64,000 nucleotides of DNA from Octopus sinensis (Eukaryota): assembly GCF_006345805.1 (NCBI RefSeq), contig NC_043012.1:27094001-27158000 (forward strand). Reading direction: 5' to 3'. The notes beneath the pieces were generated by a model. It did no database searches, was not told where the DNA came from, and was given only the letters and a program-made list of their open reading frames with translations. Below are positions 12,745 to 25,851 of this stretch, piece after piece (position 1 is the first letter of the stretch; the number at the start of each line of letters is the position of its first letter). The position numbers and the translations under genes were made by a program.

Positions 12745-13500
12745 TAATAATTGTTATAAATGGTAAAATCAATAATAATTTTACCAGGTAGTCAGTGTGG
12801 AAATAAAAAACCCATGGGGTTTTTTATTTCCACACTGACTACCTGGTAAAATTATTATTTTACAAAATATTTTATAATTATATACATAGTTATAACAAGG
12901 GATCAGCTTTATGCCTCACCATGCACTGCGAGAAATAGACGTTAAAGCCCCTAATTACTACCTTAAAATCTCTGAGAATAACCTACTGTATTGTATGCAA
13001 ACAAAAGAAAAATAATGAATCAACAAGATTTCCACACTGACTCTCTGGTAAAATAATTATTGATTTTACCCTTTATGACAATATTTGAATAAATTTACTC
13101 CATGATTGAAACTGCATTTACTGCGGTCTAGATCTTAAAACACAACAGATGGGTACAAATGAAGGCTGTAAATTATACTTGGCAGTATACTTTTGCAAAT
13201 ATGGATAGATACTGGTCATGCAATGCTGCTGATTGCATGCATATTTTGAAATACTCATGAATTTATCTTACGGAATACTTCCGCTGATGAGAGCAATAGG
13301 TAAATATTTAAATTTTACTTTAAGCTTGAAATTCGATCAGGTATGTAGTTAATCAACCTCGTTGATTCATTATTTTTCTTTTGCTTGCATACAATACAGT
13401 AGGTTATTCTCGGAGATTTTAAGGTAGTAATTAAAGGCAGTATCTATTTCTCGCAGTGCATGGTGAGGCATAAAGCTGATCCCTTGTTATAATTATGTAT
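12745..13500. mobile_element. Rearranged inverted-repeat module with a hammerhead-like core, probably Penelope-like
   Basis: IR arms 12882-13024 and 13361-13500; CTGATGA...GAAA core at 13284-13331; perfect 43-bp-arm hairpin at 12771-12859. Confidence 0.5.
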
Positions 13501-13541
13501 ACAGTAATAAAATATTTTATATATATAAATATATACATATG

Positions 13542-13834
13542 CAATTGCAGCGTGGAAGGTGTTTATAAGCCATTTAAGAAACACACAAAAGCCGTTCGAT
13601 TCACTTCAACATTTAAGTTTAATTTGTCAAAATATTTCCGTTGCTAAGATCCGCGACATGTTCACTGACAAAAATCCGTGCTGCATCAGATGCAGCACGG
13701 ATTTTTGTCAGTGAACAGGTCACGGATCTTAGCGACGGAAATATTTTGACAAATTAAACTTAAATGTTGAAGTGAATCGAACGGCTTTTGTGTGTTTCTT
13801 AATTGGCTTATAAACACCTTCCACACTGCAATTG
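13542..13834. repeat. 293-bp near-perfect palindrome
   Basis: 146-bp arms around a single A at 13688; about 5 mismatches by eye. Confidence 0.92.
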
Positions 13835-13920
13835 TTTTCGTTTCAGCACACGATCTCAGATCAAATTACTTGCTATGCGAGTACATCTCCCTATATACAT
13901 ATGTGTGTGTATATATTCTT

Positions 13921-16130
13921 TTATTGGCTTCAGCTCTAAGCTGTGGCCATGCTGGGGCATAGTTGTTTTGATACACTGCTATTATTGAGAGTTTGCTTTG
14001 ATATGTGGAATTTGATCGATAAGGGAGTTTGATGTCACTGCCCTCATTTGCATCTCCTGCAGCGGGGTAGGTTCGTCTGGAGCTCTCAACGTGAAGAGAT
14101 CGAGTTTTGATCTGAAAACACCTACATCCTCTTTGTGTAGGTCCCTCAGACTCTTTGGAAGAATATTAAAAAGCTGTGGGCCATTGAAACCCAGGCTGTT
14201 GCAGTAACTGTTCCTGAAGCTTGACGGCATTGTTGGGATCTTTGGCACTGTGCAGTGGCAACCCATTCTGGAATTTGTGTAGTGTTCAATGCCAAAATAT
14301 GGCTCAGTCTCTTTCAGGATCTTCCAGATGTATATTACTGCATATCTCTCCTACCTTCACTCCAGGGAGTAGAGTCTGAGCTGTTTCAGCCTCTCCCAGT
14401 AGCAATGAGATAATCTTCTTTGTGAAGCTTTGCTGGATAGCTTCAAGGTCTGCTGTTAATTTTACACTATGGCTGACCATAGTTGGGAGCAGTAGTCCAG
14501 GCAGGTGAGAACGAATGTCCTCCAGAGGACCATCATGGTTTTCTTCTCTCAGGTTCTGAAGGTTCTCAGGATCCAGCCATCTGCAATTTGTTGCCACCTT
14601 GGTAATGCACTTGGAAAGAGGTATCATCACTCATATCGATACCCAGGTCACACACTGATTTAGGTTCTGGGATTGTAATCCCCACTGGGCCAGTGTACCC
14701 TGTAAGTTTATCATTCAGTTTTGGGGGCTGGTAGCAGAGGGCTTGGAATTTTCCAGCATTAAACTGCATATTATTGTCTTCAGCCCATCTGTAGATTGCA
14801 TCCAACTCCTGCTGCAGGCGTACAACATTGGTAGAGTTTTGTATTTTCTGAGAGAGATTCATATTGTCTGTGTAGCTAGCAAGGGTGACTATCTGGGAAG
14901 TTGAGGTCATATCTGAGAGGGCCACTATGAAAAGTGGTGGTCCCAAGCAGTGGAACACTACTCACTACTTGTGTTTTCATTGAGATAGCTCTATAGGCCA
15001 CCACTGCCTATCTTCTATTTTTCAGAAGGTCATGTAACCACTCTTCAAGTTTTCCAACTATGACAAGATCAAGTTTGTGGCATATCATACCATGATCAAC
15101 TTTATCAAAAGCTTTGGCAAGTCAAGGTATATTACATCCACATTTGAGTTATCAAGTAAATGCTGTAGGAGCCATTTCAGACAGCTACTACCTGGTCGAA
15201 AACCATGCTGGATATCACTCAGTAAGTCATTTTCTTCAAGGAATGTGATTAGTTTTCCTCTGACTATTTGTTCCATGACTTTGCTGATGTGTAAAGTCAG
15301 AGAGATAGGCCTGTAATTTTGGCATCTGCTCTGCTTCTTCCTTTATAGATTCCTTTATTCCCTCCTTCATTTTTATTGGTAGCTTGCCATTTGCAAGAAA
15401 ACTCTGGAAAAGAAGTTGTAGTGGTTTGCATGATTTAAGGAAGATTGCCAAGTTTGCATCCACCTCATTTATGGCTAGTATTATACCTTCTTCTCCAATG
15501 TCAATGTAATCCATCGTAACTGCCTCACTATAGGTAACTATAGGTGAGGCAACAACAAAATCCATTGGTTCATTCACTTGTCTGTGTTCCAATGGGGTGG
15601 TAAAGACACTTTTGAACTGGTCATTTAGTACCTCACTGATCCTGGTTGGGTTATCTTTGAGGGAGCCATCCCTCTGGAAGAAGAGTCCTGTTTTGAAGCA
15701 TACTTTGGCATAATGAAAGAAGGCCTTTGGGTTCGACTTGATGCTTTTTATAACCCAGGCTTTTTTGTTTGCTCTCTCCTTCACATAGAATTGTTGCAGG
15801 CTTTTTTTAAACTCCATCAGTGTTGTTTTTAGATGGGACCTTTCACTATTTTTGGGATGTTAGTTAAAGCAATTTGCAACCTTTGCCTGTTGTCTCATGA
15901 GGATCTTCCTCTCCCTTAGAATCTCGTTTCTCTTTGTGTTGGCCTTGTGCTCTGGGACGTATTTGTAGCATATGGCTTGCATAACAGATAAGAAATATTC
16001 TAGTTTCATGCCGATGTCTGGTGTGGTGAGACATTTTGACCAGTCCTGTCTGAGGATCTCTTTTTGGATTGATTTCCAGTCTGCTTTGTGAAAGTTCAGA
16101 CTGGAGATATTTTGGGTGCTTTCTTTAGGC
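13921..16130 (-). mobile_element. Decayed CR1/L2-type LINE (same family as 1-1461)
   Basis: ORF pieces 15236-15817, 15085-15276 (QHGFRPGSSC), 14566-14958, 13982-14266 (GPQLFNILP); family 3' end GCCCCAGCATGGCCAC. Confidence 0.85.
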
Positions 16131-16389
16131 TATACACACACACACACACACATATATACACGTGCACACATACACACATACCCAGGCCAATTCCCCATTT
16201 ATTTTAGGAGGGGGTAGCCACATAAGACAAACACCAGGCATTCCATTCCTTTCCCAGTTCAAACAGGTGAGCCCTGTTCTATGCTCAGGTCAAGGCATAG
16301 TACACAACCCCCAATATCAGCACTGGGACCTGACAGCATATACTGGTTTACCCCCAATGCATTGTGCTGGTTCTGTACCCCTTTGAGCA

Positions 16390-16860
16390 ACATCAAATTC
16401 ACTCATCCATCCAAAAACACTCTCCAAGTTTTCCTATCATTTATAAACTCTCTTGCCTCTCTCACTCCAACACCTCTAACCACCAAAGCTTTCCTCACTC
16501 CATCCATCCATACAAACCGAGGTCTGCCTCTGGTTCTGCTGCCTACCATTTTTGCCTTCATCACCCTCCTTACCATCCACTCTTCATCCATCTTCTCCAT
16601 CCATCTAGCCATTTTGGTTGTTAGTTTTTTTCTCATTCCTGCTCACCTTCACACCTCATTTCTTATCCTGTCCATCCATGTCACACCAACTGTAGCCCTC
16701 AGACATCTCATCTCAAACACATCTAGTCGCCTCCTTTCTGCCTCTCTCAGCCCTCACGTCTCTGCACCATATAACATTGTCAGCACAATCATGCCCTCAT
16801 ACACACCTCTTTTCACTTCCATACTCAACCTTTTATCTCTCAGCATACCTTTCACGACTT
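16390..16860 (-). mobile_element. RTE-type LINE ORF C-terminal fragment
   Basis: ORF 16403-16636: RMDEE...VRRVM...GSRTRGRPRFVWMDGV. Confidence 0.65.
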
Positions 16861-17492
16861 GCAAAGTAAACACAGCACTGTCACTTGGTACACTGAAGAT
16901 CCCTGCTAGCTCTCATTGTGCACACAACCATGTGCTGCTATTTGTTGGCATGCTACAAAACTAGTCTAGGAACATTCTGGTACCATCTTGTAATATATTT
17001 ATCACAGGTCCAGAAAAACTATTCCTGTCAATGTTACTGGAATCTGTAGCTTGTGGGATATGTACCAATATACAACTTTCAGGTAGCATGATGAATATTT
17101 CTCTTCCAAGTTTCTAATTAAGTAGGTTAGTGTTGCCATCCTTCATTCATGTACAACAGCTACAAATGTGGAGTATTTTTCAGCAGCTCTTCATCAAATC
17201 TCATTATGTTATTATCTTCATTGTTAAGTATGTATGTGATATACTTATTTCTGCCTTTGCTATTCAGTAGATGTAGTCGGTGTGACACATTGCAGCACTT
17301 AAACACTGTCTGCATGTCACAGTTGTCCATATGATGTGGTTTCAGTTTGACTGTATGGCAAAGAGTTTAGCAATTCCAGTTCAAATTATTGCTATCTTAA
17401 GAATAAATTTTCTTGTCTAATTTACCCTTTTATTGTGCATATATCCATAGAAGTTGATTTTTAAAAAAATGTCAATTAAAAACAAAGCTTAC

Positions 17493-17617
17493 CTGTCATA
17501 CATAACTCTTTTAATTTTTCCCCACTTAAACCAATGTCTTTCACACTTGGACAACATTCGATTAAGTCAAGAACAGATACAGCAGTGTTGGTGGACTTCT
17601 TTACAGCATTTATCAAA
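17493..17617 (-). CDS. MTMR10: MTMR10-like gene, fifth exon seen (125 bp, phase 2 to 1): LINAVKKSTNTAVSVLDLIECCPSVKDIGLSGEKLKELCMT
   Basis: Acceptor ttcttttatag, donor AG|gtaagc, open frame; resembles recalled MTMR10 segment DLDKTLP...KLKQLC; phase matches exon 27014-27105. Confidence 0.82.
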
Positions 17618-17879
17618 CTATAAAAGAATTAATGTTATGTAAAAATACTGAAAACAATAATATATGAATTACACACAAAGTTAAAAACAATGATGTCTAT
17701 TGGAGTGAAAAACTGTCATAATAGCAAACAATGGTGCATGCTTATCTTTATTATTTAAATGTTTCCAATAAAGGAGCTGGTATCCAATTAATTGGATTCA
17801 GACAATGCAAATTATATTTCATATAGTAAGTCATCTATTTTTAATAAATATGTGTAATAAATATGAGACATCTGTATAT

Positions 17880-18100
17880 GTAGATATCCTCCTCGTTGTC
17901 ATAATCATTGCCATTCTGAAGTCAACTTTTCTATGCTGGCATGGGTCAGAGGGAATTTGGTGAGGCAGAATTTCTACAAATGGATGTTTTTCCTGTTGCC
18001 AATCTTCACTTGTTTCCAATCAAAATAATATTTCCCTATGACCAGACATGTTCTCAGAAAACTGGAACTGAATGACAGTGCTTGTATAATAATGACAGTC
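17880..18100 (-). mobile_element. Diverged RTE 3' UTR-related short repeat
   Basis: CTTTTCTATGCTGGCATGGGT...TTTCTACAAATGGATG resembles the RTE 3' UTR family. Confidence 0.45.
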
Positions 18101-18791
18101 ACAATTATTGTATTGTGTCAAAATAATGATGCACAAATACACAAGTATATGCACATACATGTATATGTGTGTGTGTGTGCATGAGTATATACTAATATGT
18201 CTATAAAGAGATGAATAAACAACCAAAGGTATATGGAATATATTTACATAAATTGTTACATAATTTTAATGGTGTAATCATATCTTTATGGTTGCTTCAA
18301 TGTACCCTGTGAATAGTGGATATTACACTATTATGCAATTTTATGTAAAAATTCCATAGTAATATTGCTCAAAAGCAAATAAGTAAATATGATATCAATA
18401 TAGATGAACCATGATGCCTTTATGCATCAAATAAAGTACAACATCCCCAGAAGTGGGAGAAAATTTGAAGAAAGGAATAATTTCTAAAAATATATAGTAA
18501 CATTGAGTGGGGTGGGTATAAAGTAATTATATAAAGATAAAGAGAAAAATAACTTTTATTTTTAAAATGTAGAAAGGAAAAGAGAACATGAGATAATGAG
18601 AAGAGTGTCAGCTAGTTAGAATGATTTAAGGGAGGCGATAATGAAAGATTAAGTTATGAAGGCACAGGAGGAGCGTTTAGTAATAATGTGTAGAGAGAAA
18701 GATAATGAAAGAGTAAAAAAGAAAATGAAAGCGTCAAGCTAGGCTGTGTTCAAGGCCTGACTTGCTATAAGGAAGAGCTATAAACCAAGTA

Positions 18792-21321
18792 TAGTGAAAC
18801 ATTGCAGTATGAGTTTAATTCATTCCATGACTGAGCTCATTTTATGATTTACTTGTTTTACAAATCAATTTTCCCCATTGAAATTAACTAAAATATTAAC
18901 TAAAATGCTCCAACCCCACAAAACCACCCCAAAATAATTTTTCATGGGTTTTAAAACAGAAAAGGTGAAGTTACAAGGAAAATGATAATTATAAAAACAT
19001 AATAAAAGAGAATACAAAAGAAATAAGTAAACTGGTTTTATTAATTTAATTACCTTAAAGATGGGACAAATTGTGCTCGAGGAAGACGATGGAGTGGGGA
19101 GCAAGAGTATTATTGTTTGGAAGGAGAATCTTCAGGAAAAACAATTTCTGGCATTTTCTCTGTCACTTTGCTAAACTTAGGCTTTTTGAACACACTGTCT
19201 TCACGTTTCACACTTGCAGGTTGTTTCATTACAAAAATATCAAGAGAAGTTTGCTTTTTCCAGCCTTTCAAAATGTTACAAAAATGTCTCAGAAGAGTGT
19301 CATTAAATAAAGCAGCTGCACAACCTAGAGATACTCTTTCCGAAAGATTTTCTTCTACAAATTCAAAAGCAACTTTGCCAACACTGCCTTCATGTCACTT
19401 GTAGAGATGGCCTTCTCTACTACAATGTCCTCCTCTGGGGAACCAATCTCTTCCACCACATCTGAATGCTACTGCTCCTGAAGCTGCAGGAGTTCATCTG
19501 TTATCAGCTCCTCTGAGTGCTCCTCAATAAGATCGTTAATGTCTCCATTGTCAAACTTGAGGCCCATGGACTTGCCAAGAGACACTATCTCCTCAACTAC
19601 AGGCGTCTCAGACCCCTCGAAGTCTCTTTCAGATATGCAGTCAGGCCACAGCTTCCATCATGCAGAATTCAGTGTTCTCCTCATTACACCCTGCCAGGGC
19701 ATATCGATGATTTTCAGGCAGTTAACAATGTTGTAAGTGCTCCTTCCAAAACTCATGAAGGGTTAGATTTGTATTTTCAGTGAGTTCAAAGCACTGATGA
19801 AACAGGTGTTTGGTGTACATCATCATCATCGTTTAACGTGCGTTTTCCATGCTAGCATGCATTGGACAGTTTGACTGGGGTCTGGGAAGCCAGGAGGCTG
19901 CACCAGGCTCCAGTCTGATTTGGCAGTGTCTTTACAGCTGGATGCCCTTCCTAACACCAACCATTCCATGAGCGTAGTGGGTGCTTTTTACGTGCCACCG
20001 GTACAGGGACCAGAGGAAGCTGGCAACGCCATGATCGGTTGGTGCTTTTTACGTGCCACTGGCATGGGATGCAAGCTAGGGGTGGTGTTGTGTGAAAGGT
20101 ATAGAACTTTTATGAATTTAAATTCATCCAGAATATCATCTTCAGGGTTAGGAGGGTGAGCAGGAATATTGTCAAAGACAAGGAGGGCCTTTAGAAGATC
20201 ATTCTCCAGAAGGTACTTTCTCACTGCTAATCCAAGGACAAGATTGATCCACTCAGTGAAGAATTGCCTGGTGATTCAGGCCTTAATGTTTGCCTTTCAC
20301 AGGACCTGCAGCTTCTCCTTCAAGACTTCGTGTAACTTGAATGCTTGTAGTTTTGCAGAATGGTAGACAAGGAGCAAGAGTTAGCCTATCTTTCATAGGC
20401 TCATGGCCTGGCATGTAGTTACGAAGGTTCTTCTGGACATTTTTTCCCCTAAAAGGCCAGTTTCATCACAGTTGAATAGCTGTTGAGTGATGCACTCCTT
20501 GGCTGCAATGAGTTGACGGAAATCACACATGAAATCCTCAGCTGCCTTCATGTCAGAACTCACTGCTTTTCCATACCTGATGACGCTATGAACACCAGTT
20601 CTCTTCTTGAAAATATCGAATCAGCCACAACTGGCCTTAAATGCGTCTCCTGATGTCTAGGGTTCTGCTTCAGAAGATCCCCATACATCACTTGAGCTTT
20701 CTCGCAGATGGTTGTCTCCATAATCATATCCTCTGCAAGTTGCTTCTCGTTAATCCATAGGAGAACCAAGTTTTCCATCTCTTTGTGGACAGATATATGT
20801 TGCTTGGATAGCCTGGAGACACTCTTTGCTGTTGTAATGGCTTTGATCTCATCATTTTCGTCAGGACGCTACAGGTTGTTGACCTGCTTTGGTTGTATTG
20901 ATGTGCTATGTCCCCTACATGCACTCCTCTCTCATGTTTATTAATGATTTCCTTCTTTATTTCTACTGTAATCAGCTTTTTCTTCTTTTCAGCACTGTCC
21001 TTTACACTAACCTTCTTAGGATCCATGGCTAACATAACTGTTTATAATAAGAAAAATAGCAAAAATTGCACAAAACTAAAAAACCACTGAGAAAAATACA
21101 ATAGGAAAGCTGTCATGAGATAAACATGTAAATTGAGTGAGCGGAGGCTGCGCTTGCAGGGAGAACATATGTGAGCTCAGTGCCGACAACCAGTCACTTG
21201 TATGAAACACACTCATACTGGCAATTTCCACTTGTACTTCAAGACTAAAAATTCACTTGAGCCTTGGCTTGTACAGCAAATTACTCATACAATGATGCAC
21301 TCATACTGCAAAGTTCTACTG
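18792..21321 (-). mobile_element. Tigger/pogo-family DNA transposon, decayed
   Basis: Imperfect TIRs TAGTGAAACATTGCAGTATGAG (18792) and CAGTAGAACTTTGCAGTATGAG (rc, ending 21321); HTH fragments in ORFs 20724-21035 and 20560-20778; DDE fragment LLVFDNIPAHP...NTTPSLHPM in 19988-20224. Confidence 0.85.
19821..20065 (-). mobile_element. RTE 3' UTR copy inserted in the Tigger element
   Basis: (CAT)n then GTTTAACGTGCG..TTTCCATGCTAGC...CAGCTGGATGCCCTTCC, interrupting the transposase after the NTTPSLHPM motif. Confidence 0.85.
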
Positions 21322-22049
21322 GAATAAGAAAAGGTGAGATATGGCAATAAATGAAATCTAATATACAAAAGAAGGGCAAGCGATACAAAGAAATAACTTG
21401 ACTATATTTTAGAAAACACAGCAGCATGTTAATGACCTGGTCTGAGATGAGTGCTTTCTACTGATTAATTTACCCGCTTATAGAGGACCTTACTCTCATT
21501 AAAATGCTGAATTTCAATAATTTGAACTATCTAAGCACTAACTTGGTGTCTCGGAAAATTAGCTGTCAAATTTAACAGTCTACTTGAGTTATAGTTGAGC
21601 TTTACTAAGGCTTGGAAGCTTTGTCTGTCTGACGCTTCGGAAATTCTATTTGCTGATAAGGAAAAAACACAACAGGTTGATAGTGAATTGCAAAAAAAAA
21701 TTTAAATTGACATTCCAGAAATTTCTGAGGGAAATTAGTTATCGTTATTTTATTATATTTTCCTCCACCCCCATTATCCCCTATTAGGAATCCCTCCACT
21801 TTCTTCATAACCTCTATCTCTAATCACTAGCTTTGGCACAGATCCTATTTAACCAATTGTTATTTACTGTTATCATCATTATGATTATTATTGTATCAGA
21901 ATCAAACAAGGAAACTAAAATCAGAATAAAGCGTGCACTTTCAAAATCTGAGACAGAAAACTTGAAGTACTAAAAATTCAAAAATAAATTAAAAAAGAAC
22001 GACATTGTATGTAGAAGGAAATCACTGAATGAACAACTAGAAAGACAAG

Positions 22050-23650
22050 TAAAACTATCAGAATTACGGAAAATCAACTAAAACAAAATCAAATAAAATA
22101 CTAGAATAAAAAAAAAAACTTGTAGCTATAGGAGCATGAAATCAATTATATGACAGAAGGAGTAAAAAAATAAAATAGTTAAAAATCTTTAAAATCCACA
22201 ACAGCAGAAAGAAACATAACTCCTTCTGTAATAATTTACAAGACAGATTAAGGAGTAATCAAAGGGGGCAACCAATAAACTCTTGTATGCAGAAATAATC
22301 AAAATTGGAGAAAAATTCAATAACTCCTACCAAAATAAACTCAACAACCATAAACTACTGACAAACAATAGTAATAGAGGAACAAACCAAAATATGCTAT
22401 CATACCAGAGAAAACAATGTAGATCAACTAAAAACAAGCTAACATAGTTCTTCCAAAGAGGGATTATGTAAATCCATCACTTGTAAAACACAAAAAGGAA
22501 TTTAAATCTCTAAGGAATAAATACTTAGATGAATATATACTGCATCTAAAAAGTAAACTAACCTAAACATCCAACAAATTATACATAATCAAACATTATA
22601 AACAGTAAAAAGCAGTGGAAAGATTCTGTTATATTCATTAAAGAAAATGACAATGGAGGAACCATAATAATAACGGACAAGACCCATCACTGGGTGATGG
22701 TCTTAGAACAACTAAATGACCAACATTTTTATAAAACATATAACAATAAAGGTAAAACCATAATGAACAAAACTGGTATATACAAAAAGAATTTAACAGA
22801 AAAGGAATTAAGTAATCTAACTAATTTGGAGATAAAAATAAATAACTTCTAAGGACTACTAAAAATACATAGATTTAAAGAAATCCATAGCAACATTAAA
22901 AAACTCCATACACCATATGTAAAGATTCCCAAACCATTTTGGTTTAAGATTATATTCAATTGTTGCAGAACCAACATCAAGCATCCAGTGATCAACAATC
23001 TGCTTGACTTAATTTTGAAACCATTATGCAAATTGGTTCCTAGTTTCATCAAAGATGACAAGGATTTCCTAAACCACTTTTAAGAAAGAATAAATATAGA
23101 CATGATCCTGCTTAGTTTTGAATTAGGATCAGAGCAGTAGAATTTACGGATAGACAAATACCCACACATAATTCAGAAGAGATTTTCAATACAATTCATA
23201 ATAGAAGGATTACAACTGGTGCTAGTAAATAACTACATTTGTGAACCAAGGCTACCTTCAGATAAAAGGGATGGCAAAGGGTATGAAAGTTGCACCCACA
23301 TTGGTAACATTAGTAATGAGATTCTCTGCTTGATGTGTGGCTACTTTTGATCAGCATTTCTGATCTTATTTAAAAGAACAAAAATAAGGATGTGGATTTC
23401 ATAAATAAGTATTCCTGGATTAACTAAATTTACAATGGAAATTAATAAAAGGGAACTTCCTTTTCTGGACATTTTGGTAATTAAGGAAAACGAGACTTAC
23501 AGCTGATCTCTACTGCAAAGACATGGACACACATCAATATGAAGACTTTAGAATCTTGCTGTGCATCCCATATTAAAAAGAAACAGTCCATTTAATATGG
23601 CAAAACTTATATGCTCAATAGCTACAGACTCAAGTAGACTTCCTAATGTT
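22050..23650 (+). mobile_element. Heavily decayed Penelope-like (PLE) reverse transcriptase
   Basis: Manual reading gives GMA.G.KVAPTL.TLV, PFLDILVIK, DLYCK..DTHQY..F.S..ASHIK-like pieces across frameshifts. Confidence 0.55.
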
Positions 23651-23719
23651 TGTATGTTGGTGCTGGTGTTGTTTGAATGAATGGGTTCCAACTAATTAGT
23701 AATTTTACTCAATATAGAT

Positions 23720-24400
23720 TTTTAAATCACCTGATCAAAAGCACACCTGGCTGATCGCATCATGAGAAAATCCGAGTGTTTCAGTCAGATCCAGCTGGTT
23801 TCCTTGAACGTTTCCCAACCTAGTATTAGTGTTGGCTTTGTCATTTTGAGTCAGAGACAAAGAAACAATCTAAGCAGTGGAAACACCCCTCCTCACCTGC
23901 TCTAAAGAAAGCCAAGATTGTTTCATCAGCAGGGAAGGTGATGGCCTCAGTTTTGGGGGATGCAAAAGCATTGTACTTACTGACTATTTTCAAAAGGGCC
24001 ACACCATCAATGGAGAGTACTATGCCAACTTACTGAAGCAGTTACAAGAAACTATCAAAATCAAATGCCTAGGAAAACTAATGAAAGGGGTCTTGTTTCA
24101 CCAGAACAATGCTCCAGTACACAACTCCTTACTTTCAATGGCTGCTGTGTGTGACTGGCTTTGAACTGGTTGATCACTGTCCTTATTCTCTTGATTTGGC
24201 CCCATCTGACTATCATCTGTTCCCCAACATGGAAAAACACTTGGCAGGGAACTAATATTGCAGTGATGATGATGTCATATCTACTGTTGATGACTTTTTT
24301 GACCAATAGGATGAAAGCTTCTTCACCAATGCAAGAACTATGTTAAAAAATAAACCTCATTTGGTCACATTTCATGAGAATATCTTGGATTTTCAGTCAA
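23720..24400 (+). mobile_element. Mariner transposase remnant
   Basis: AGKVMASVF, TINGEYYANLL, VLFHQNNAPVH, and YSLDLAPSDYHLFP (YSPDLAP motif). Confidence 0.85.
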
Positions 24401-25485
24401 CCCTCATAGAAAGCCAAAATACTGAACACCACAAAGATGCAAAATAAAAAAGAAAGATTTAAGTAATATCCTCAAATTTATAATACGAACGTCATCTGAT
24501 TTTATATATTAATCTCAATCACCAAGTATTTTACAGCCATTATATTGGGTTCTTGGATCAGATTAAAAAATAAAATAAGGTTTATATTAATATTTTTTAT
24601 GTGTCAATCACACAAACAATTTTCAACTAGACTTCCAATGCAGTAACATTCCTCAGAAATAACACCAATACATTGTCCTGTATCTCTTGGATGAGCCTTT
24701 GTCTCTTGCATCACTGTTTGTTCTCTTAGACATGATAGCCTTCTCAAACATCATGTTGAAGATCCTGTTGTTGCCATCTCACAACTTTCATAATCACTGA
24801 GAAAATTCTATCTGTTTTGCTCAAAGTAGTGCTACAAATTCTTCACACAGATCCTCAGCAAATATGGAAAATGGAAGCATTCTTTCCTTGTGGAACATGA
24901 AGAACCAGAAACCCCCATCTGCATTTAGGCCTTATATAGTGCTCACATGAAAAACCCTTTTGAACATTTCCTAAACCACTTGTGGTGACGACGACATTTT
25001 TGAAGTTTGATTATCTGATCATTCAGGTCTGTGCTCCCGTCCCAACTCCCATATAGTCATAGGATTTTACTGGCACGAACTGGGATACTCCTGTGTTCAG
25101 TTGCATCATATCAGTGATATACAATGACATAATCAAACAGAAAGGATATTTGCTGTTCTAGACTCAGTTGCAATATCTAAACTGAAAAACAGGTCAAAGT
25201 CTTGTATCTTCATTTAATTATCTCTTCTAATTAGTGATAAGATTTTGAAAAATTGCACCTGTTCATCAACACAGAGCTGCACAACCTAATGTCTTTCTCA
25301 TTCAACAAGTATTCTACAGAAATATTCTGGATACAATGCATAATTCTATCTTAAGTATTCATTAGTAATACACACCACTAAATGGTCTGTTATACCAAGA
25401 TTACCAATCACATTATCATCCTCTCATATCCTCATATACACCTCTGCATTGCAAACTTAACAATTTTCAGAATCACATACTAGAA

Positions 25486-25851
25486 ATATTTATCCCCACT
25501 TAAATATAGATGTTCTCTTAGAACAAACTATACTGTGGTAGTTACTATGAGAGCAACTTACATATTGGTGTTTGGTGCAAAATGCACACTTGTTTCTATA
25601 TATAGCTGGTGGGGAGATGAATCGCTGCTATCTCTAGTGGTTGAGTGTCCATCATTGGCAAGACCAAGGAAGATCAAAATCACATGATCTGGTGGTCTTA
25701 GCACTAGGAGTGGCGGAGATTTATTTCCCCACTAGCAATATAAACAAAAGAGCATTTTGCACCAAAAGTCAATATGAGGGTTGCTCTCATAGTAACTACC
25801 ACAATATAGTTTGTTCTAACAAAACATCCATATTTATGTGAGAATAAATAT
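25486..25851. mobile_element. Decayed fold-back/MITE-like palindromic element
   Basis: Arms 25486-25585 and 25752-25851 are reverse complements; weaker symmetry continues inward. Confidence 0.7.

Noticed and set aside
13705-13755. Small stems in the palindrome arms resembling a hammerhead
   Set aside because: The CUGANGA core is absent (CAGTGAA); too degenerate to call.
16281-16964. 227-aa Ser/Leu/Thr-rich plus-strand ORF
   Set aside because: Antisense to an RTE fragment; its composition reflects the purine-rich minus strand.
24600-25250. Moderately GC-richer stretch that might be a TE or exon remnant
   Set aside because: No consistent open frame, splice pair or recognisable motif found by eye.
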